Both the position numbers and the translations under genes were made by a program. A stretch of DNA of 64,000 nucleotides from Candidatus Bathyarchaeia archaeon (GTDB lineage: Archaea > Thermoproteota > Bathyarchaeia > Bathyarchaeales > Bathycorpusculaceae), in NCBI GenBank assembly GCA_049516875.1, contig JBEKSS010000007.1, positions 128,001 through 192,000 on the forward strand, in the 5' to 3' direction. The notes beneath the pieces are model-generated. The model did not search any database, was not told the DNA's origin, and saw nothing but the letters and a program-made list of their open reading frames with translations. The stretch's first letter is position 1. Each line of letters opens with the position of its first letter. This document shows, piece by piece, positions 58,737 through 64,000 of the stretch.

Positions 58737-60112
58737 ATGTAATGTCAGAGTTGGCTAGAATAATCGTTGAAGATTTTCTCAAGAGTTCTTGGTCCTGCAT
58801 CGAAGCCTTGGTGGGAGAATTGGCCACGTTCAAACCAGATGCGGGAAAAAAGATACGCTTCTTCCACTTCAAAAACGGACGTAAGACTGAGGCGACGTTT
58901 GACAGTGGCCACTTCTTTTTGAGGGCTTCAGTTGAATATTCAAATCCACAGCTGACTGTGGAAGAAGTTCAGGGGATCATAGCCGCTCGTCTGCTTGAGG
59001 TCTGCGGAAACCACTTCTACTACTATGGCTTGCGAACTGTCGACGCCAAAGACGTTGACGAAATATGTGAGATGCTCAGCGATCCTTCCCAAGGCGTGAT
59101 CGTTCCGTTTCTGCTCAACACGGACGAGATTGAACCGGACAGGTACTCGATGAACCCGCTGAAAGAGTCTATAGTAAATAGCGGACAGAGCGCCTTTCCA
59201 TGCGCCACAGTCAAAGCAGAAAAGCTAGAAATAGACAAGAACTTCGTGCAAAAATACCGAGGTTCATTGATTTGCAAGGACGAAATCGAACTCATAAGTC
59301 GTCACCTCAAAACCTGCAACGGCAGCTACGTCGACATGGTTGACGCCGTCAAATACGAACAACTAGAAAACCTTTCAAAAGCCTTCGGAATCAACCTCAG
59401 CGTCTACTCAATCCGCATGCCCTTGGCAGCTCTTAGCGAAGAAAAGTCTGACGGCTTGCTGCACTACATAATAAAGCAAACACACGCCGGCTACGAGTCA
59501 ATTGAGTGCGTCTACAAGTGCATGGGCAGAAGCATGAAAAACCTAACCACTCTCCTAACCGTGCCACACTCTGGCAAAGGCTACGCTTCTAAACGCGCCG
59601 TCAGAGGAAGAATATACTTCGACGGAGACAAAATCAAAAACCTCAAAGTAGACTACAAAACCGTCCTGCTCTACCCGAATGCGATTGACCCGGGCGACGT
59701 AAGCGTTGCAAAAGCTGACGACACCTTCACCGTAGACGGAAGCAAACTTGCCAATTATGACTTCAGAGAAACCCCCTCTTCACCCCAATTCTTCCTATAC
59801 TCTCTGGCCTCGCCCGAAAATGCGGTCCTGTGGCACGGTATCGGTGCCTTCGGCGCCTCCGAACTCTTGAAAAGCTACACAACCACGCGCGTAGCCTGCG
59901 CCAAAGAACTCCTAATCAAAGGCCTGAGCGAGAAATACGGAGTCACGACAAAAATCCCCCTGCAATTCAACCTCATCCCCAAATACATGTGGTTCCACCC
60001 CGTACACCGCAACATAGACGCAAGCATAGGCTGCGTCCAAAACATGAAAGACCTGGCCGACCTGGGCATGAAAATGGAACACCTCCAGACCGACCAATAC
60101 ATCCGCAGCTAA
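58733..60112 (+). CDS. Hypothetical soluble protein, no family recognised
   Basis: 459-aa ORF overlapping the GNAT stop; protein-like composition. Confidence 0.75.
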   Translation: MNVMSELARIIVEDFLKSSWSCIEALVGELATFKPDAGKKIRFFHFKNGRKTEATFDSGHFFLRASVEYSNPQLTVEEVQGIIAARLLEVCGNHFYYYGLRTVDAKDVDEICEMLSDPSQGVIVPFLLNTDEIEPDRYSMNPLKESIVNSGQSAFPCATVKAEKLEIDKNFVQKYRGSLICKDEIELISRHLKTCNGSYVDMVDAVKYEQLENLSKAFGINLSVYSIRMPLAALSEEKSDGLLHYIIKQTHAGYESIECVYKCMGRSMKNLTTLLTVPHSGKGYASKRAVRGRIYFDGDKIKNLKVDYKTVLLYPNAIDPGDVSVAKADDTFTVDGSKLANYDFRETPSSPQFFLYSLASPENAVLWHGIGAFGASELLKSYTTTRVACAKELLIKGLSEKYGVTTKIPLQFNLIPKYMWFHPVHRNIDASIGCVQNMKDLADLGMKMEHLQTDQYIRS

Positions 60113-60201
60113 CAACACAAGAAGGTTCAGCTTGGTCTCATGGCACGCCCTGCTCGTATTGAACGTTTTTATAACAGTTGACCACAAGTCGCTTGAGTGA
60201 C

Positions 60202-60849
60202 ATGAGCGGTTCAACGCTTAAGGGAAAAATCCGACACCTATTCGAGACAGCGTTTACAGGCATATTGTTCAGCACACAGACCATACTTAATGCTGGTTGG
60301 GCCATCAGTGTCATGACCATTCCACTATTACCCTATCTAGCCTACCTTACTGGTGGAGACACAAACGTCGAGCGGGAAATCGCTGTAATGTTCTTTTCTA
60401 AGTATTTCATCGTCGGTCGCATAATCGCTCTTATTGGAATCGTTGTGCTTGCAACTGGAGCTGGGCAACTGCTCTTGAATCGCAGGAGAGGGATAGGACT
60501 CATCGAGACTGGAGCATATTCCATCGTCAGACATCCTCAGTTTGCAGGAATAATCATTCTCACTATGGGGTTAACGGTAATGGTTCAGACGTTAGGGGGA
60601 AACAGCGTAGAGCTCACAGGTTTGAGGCTCTTACCGATTCTGGGCTATATTGGCATAGCAAGATATGAAGAAGTACATCTGCTAAAGCGGTTCAGAGAAA
60701 GCTTCCAGCAATACAGACAAAAGGTTCCCTTCATCTTTCCAATAAAATGCCCTTCCAGAATCCCAGAAACGGTATTTACGGTTGCCATAGCCCTTCTCAT
60801 CGGGCTTATCCTTCTCCTCTTCCCCTATAACCTAATCCAAATCATTTAG
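60202..60849 (+). CDS. Isoprenylcysteine carboxyl methyltransferase/PEMT family membrane protein
   Basis: LI.TG.YSIVRHPQF, EE..L..RF...Y...VP. Confidence 0.82.
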   Translation: MSGSTLKGKIRHLFETAFTGILFSTQTILNAGWAISVMTIPLLPYLAYLTGGDTNVEREIAVMFFSKYFIVGRIIALIGIVVLATGAGQLLLNRRRGIGLIETGAYSIVRHPQFAGIIILTMGLTVMVQTLGGNSVELTGLRLLPILGYIGIARYEEVHLLKRFRESFQQYRQKVPFIFPIKCPSRIPETVFTVAIALLIGLILLLFPYNLIQII

Positions 60850-60883
60850 CAATGCACCTCCCGCGCTATCTATCGGTGGAAAA

Positions 60884-61459
60884 ATGAGCGAATTCCGCGA
60901 TTTTTTGAGCGACATACTGTTTATCATCGGATTAGTCCTAATCCCATTGTCCACCATTCAACCTTTCTTTACAGTGCTATACATGCTACCGCCAGATCCC
61001 TATTTCAGTGCGAGATTCTTTGAATTCTTGCGTGCGGACTACTTTTCTTTCAAAGTGGACTACAGTGCCCGCGTTTATGGTAGGTCAGAATCTTGGGGTG
61101 CATACTGGTTCAACCAATATGATTGGCTGCATATTCATTCCTCCACTGCCGTTTCCTATCTTCTAATTGCGGTCTTCAGTTTCCAAATTCTCGCTTTGGT
61201 TCTGGGACTTATCACTATTCCTTTGAAGCCCAGAACGAGAATCATACCCTTGATCTTGGGCGTCGTGACAACGTTCCTTATGACTTTGATCTATTTTTCC
61301 CTACGCGCATCTTATTTTGTGATAGGTATTTTGGTGCGTACGCGCTATGAATGGGTTCTCGCAGACGGTTATTGGCTGATTTTTGCTTCAGTCGTTTGCA
61401 TGTCGATTTCCCTCATTCTGGCTAGAAAAAGACAAAGCAGATTGCTGTTTTCAAGATGA
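60884..61459 (+). CDS. Hypothetical multi-pass membrane protein
   Basis: ~4 TM helices, GGTGG RBS. Confidence 0.6.
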   Translation: MSEFRDFLSDILFIIGLVLIPLSTIQPFFTVLYMLPPDPYFSARFFEFLRADYFSFKVDYSARVYGRSESWGAYWFNQYDWLHIHSSTAVSYLLIAVFSFQILALVLGLITIPLKPRTRIIPLILGVVTTFLMTLIYFSLRASYFVIGILVRTRYEWVLADGYWLIFASVVCMSISLILARKRQSRLLFSR

Positions 61460-61616
61460 GCACGCGAGCGCGCAAACCGAGTTGTTACACTTTGCCATTC
61501 TTTCAACAAGGCAGAAGAGAGACCCAAACAACTTCCACCTGAAATGACCCCGAGCGCGCTTCTCTATTTGCCCAGTCGGCAATTCTAGCAGTCGCTGCGT
61601 GTGTGCGCGTGCGTTG

Positions 61617-61820
61617 TCAACAGCAGCAGCAATCATCTTCATCGTCTTTTGAACCTTCATCAGCGAACTTCTTCGGGTTCTTTTCAAATACTTCCTTGCA
61701 CGACTGACTGCAGAAGTAGTACGTCTTGCCAGCATATTCAGATTTCAATGTCGCTGTTTTCTCATCCACGTTCATTCCGCAAACTGGATCCTTGACCATG
61801 TTCAGCTTCACCTCCATCAT
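61617..61820 (-). CDS. YHS-domain protein (probable Cu chaperone)
   Basis: DPVCGM, TYYFCS..C...F..NP; C-terminal DDEDDCCCC. Confidence 0.88.
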   Translation of the reverse strand: MMEVKLNMVKDPVCGMNVDEKTATLKSEYAGKTYYFCSQSCKEVFEKNPKKFADEGSKDDEDDCCCC

Positions 61821-63931
61821 TTTTTGGGCTGATCGTTCAACTTTTCAAACTTGAATGTGGATAATCTCAGCAACGCAGAGTTCGTGACAACTGTTAGTGA
61901 GCTGATGGCCATCGCTCCCGCAGCAAATATCGGGTTCATCACACCAACTGCAGCCACTGGAATCATGATCGTGTTGTATATGAACGCCCAGAACAGGTTG
62001 GTGTTGATTTTCGTCATAGTCTTCTTGCTCAATTCCACGGCTAGCGCCACGTCTCGCAAGTCATCCTTAATCAGCACTATGCCGCCGGTTTCTTTCGCGA
62101 TGTCGGTTCCGCTTCCTATAGCTATTCCAATATCTGCTTGAGCCAAAGCTGGAGCATCATTCACACCATCGCCAACCATCGCGACCGTTTTCCCTTCGCT
62201 CTGAAGTTTCTTGATTGCGTTCACTTTCTCCCAAGGGAGCACATTGGCTATCACGTGGTCAATGTTGAGTTGCTCCGCAATCGCCTTGGCAGTTCTTTCA
62301 TTGTCACCGGTCAGAATGGTCACTTCCAGTCCCATGCTTTTCAGCTTACTTACCGCCTCAACAGCATGGTCTTTGGGTGTATCCATAGCAGCAACAACAC
62401 CTGCGGGCTCACCATCCACAGCAAGAATCATCACTGTCTTGCCCTGTGCCTCGAGTCTCTCGAGGTCCTGCTCCACCTGCTTAATCGGAATTTTCTCATC
62501 CTGCATCAGTCTTTGATTTCCCAACAGTATCTTCTTGTTCTCGTAAGTGCATTTGACCCCCTGTCCTGGAACGGCCTCAAACGAGTCTGCGTCGGGAATA
62601 TCAGACTCGCCTTGACGTGCCGCTTTCATTATTGCTTCTGACAATGGATGTTCTGAGCCTTTCTCAGCAATCGCCGCAAGTTTCAAAGCTTCCTCTTCAG
62701 TGTAGCCGCTGTATACCGCGATGTCTGTGACTGACGGCTCGCCTTTTGTCAGTGTACCCGTTTTGTCAAACACAACGGTTTTCAGTTTTCGTGCTCTCTC
62801 GACATATTCGCCGCTGCGCAGGAGAATTCCGTATTCTGCACCTTTTCCCACTCCCGCCAATATGGCCGTAGGAGTGGCAATTCCCAAGGCGCATGGGCAC
62901 GCGATCAGCAGCACTGCAAGCAGTGCGAAGAATGCAGCTGAGAAGCCACTAACAACATACCAGTAACCGAAAGAGATTGCAGCAACAGAGAAAACTATCG
63001 GAACGAATTTTCCAACAACCCTATCTGCAAACTTCTGAACGGGGGCACTTGAGGCCTGTGCTTCTTCGACGAGATGCACGATCTGCGCTAAAGCTGTTTC
63101 TTCTCCAACCTTTGTTACTTTGATTCTTAGAAGCCCAGTCTTGTTCACAGTAGCGCCTATGGCTTCGCTTCCCACATTTTTCTCGACAGGTATGCTTTCC
63201 CCAGTGATTATCTTCTCATCCACCGAGGAGTAACCTGCAATCACAACCCCATCTGTTGGAATCTTTTCGCCAGGCTTAACTATGATGACATCATTCACTT
63301 GAACCTCGTCTATGGGAACATCGACTTCTTTTTCATCCTTGACCACTCTGGCAATGGTCGGTTGAAGTTCCAGCAGCTTCCGAATCGAGGCAGCTGATCT
63401 TCTCCGAATGCTCTCCTCAATGTATTTTCCGAGCAGAACAAAAGCCAATATGCCGACAGCTATCTCCAGATAGCCTTCTCCTCCCAATCCAGGGAGAAAC
63501 GCATTGAGTGCGCCATAGGTCCAGCCTGCCACGACTCCGGCTGAAACTAGCACGTCCATATTGATTGCACGATTTCTGAGAGAATTGTAGGCTCCGTGAA
63601 TGATGCTCCAGCCAGCAATCCAGACAACAGGAGTTGACACAATAAACAACGCCAGACTATAGACTGAGAGCCCGCCGATGAGTGAGAAACTCATTAACGC
63701 GGCTACTATACCGAACAAAGTCACCACTCTGAGTCCGGCCACGGCTATTACGCCCGCGAGTGTTATTGCAACCCGACGTCTCATGGCTTTCAATTCCTGT
63801 TCGGGCTGCTCGTATACGTCAGCACAGGATTGACTGCAGAAGTAGTACGTGCGGTCTCCAATCTTCCTCTTGATAGCTTTATCCTTGTCCACGTCCATAC
63901 CGCACACGGGATCTCTCGGCACTACATTCAT
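61817..63931 (-). CDS. copA: Cu+-translocating P1B-type ATPase with N-terminal YHS domain
   Basis: TGES, CPC, DKTGT, SEHP, GDGVND, YN and MAISS motifs. Confidence 0.92.
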   Translation of the reverse strand: MNVVPRDPVCGMDVDKDKAIKRKIGDRTYYFCSQSCADVYEQPEQELKAMRRRVAITLAGVIAVAGLRVVTLFGIVAALMSFSLIGGLSVYSLALFIVSTPVVWIAGWSIIHGAYNSLRNRAINMDVLVSAGVVAGWTYGALNAFLPGLGGEGYLEIAVGILAFVLLGKYIEESIRRRSAASIRKLLELQPTIARVVKDEKEVDVPIDEVQVNDVIIVKPGEKIPTDGVVIAGYSSVDEKIITGESIPVEKNVGSEAIGATVNKTGLLRIKVTKVGEETALAQIVHLVEEAQASSAPVQKFADRVVGKFVPIVFSVAAISFGYWYVVSGFSAAFFALLAVLLIACPCALGIATPTAILAGVGKGAEYGILLRSGEYVERARKLKTVVFDKTGTLTKGEPSVTDIAVYSGYTEEEALKLAAIAEKGSEHPLSEAIMKAARQGESDIPDADSFEAVPGQGVKCTYENKKILLGNQRLMQDEKIPIKQVEQDLERLEAQGKTVMILAVDGEPAGVVAAMDTPKDHAVEAVSKLKSMGLEVTILTGDNERTAKAIAEQLNIDHVIANVLPWEKVNAIKKLQSEGKTVAMVGDGVNDAPALAQADIGIAIGSGTDIAKETGGIVLIKDDLRDVALAVELSKKTMTKINTNLFWAFIYNTIMIPVAAVGVMNPIFAAGAMAISSLTVVTNSALLRLSTFKFEKLNDQPKK

Positions 63932-64000
63932 CCTCCGTCATGACATTTGTAATTGCCTGTGGTTTGCGAAGTATTTAAATATATCTTTTAAAGATATATA

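Noticed and set aside
160-63931. Numerous antisense or alternate-frame ORFs in the track (e.g. 160..705, 19812..20444, 21629..22165, 62138..62641)
   Set aside because: Shadows of well-supported genes; no motifs or independent signals.
1-64000. CRISPR array, rRNA, transposase, integrase
   Set aside because: No regularly spaced repeats or recognisable motifs found by reading.

Overview
Archaeal chromosomal segment. Gene content, synteny, TTG/GTG starts, the archaeal tRNA-Leu and dockerin-like/YHS proteins fit TACK archaea, probably Bathyarchaeia (inference). The core holds the replication/translation cluster (pcn, priL, priS, gins15, rpl44e, rps27e, aIF2-alpha, nop10, PAC2), mcm-gins23, gltS-gdhA, rfcS-rfcL, a translin-EndoV-HD-tRNA-binding operon, taw1, glyA, rpoP, trm5-trm112 and a nucleotide-sugar operon. 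An ~8 kb glycosylation/archaeosortase island splits priL from priS and is bracketed by inverted GT2 paralogues sharing a 95-bp near-identical tract. Downstream of tRNA-Leu(GAG) is an accessory region. It begins with a ~4 kb integrase-less islet ending in a tRNA-Leu 3' repeat that lies back-to-back with a tRNA-Gln-like 3' fragment, followed by ABC exporters, orphan membrane proteins and a Cu-ATPase locus. Less usual signals: a catalytically dead nucleotide-sugar dehydrogenase, a probable ATC start for trm112, a glnA remnant, a recurrent GCGCGTGC motif at gene 3' ends, kb-scale amino/keto skew flips independent of gene strand, and a GNAT-coupled 459-aa orphan. No CRISPR array, rRNA, integrase or transposase was seen. 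All calls come from reading the sequence; no searches were run.
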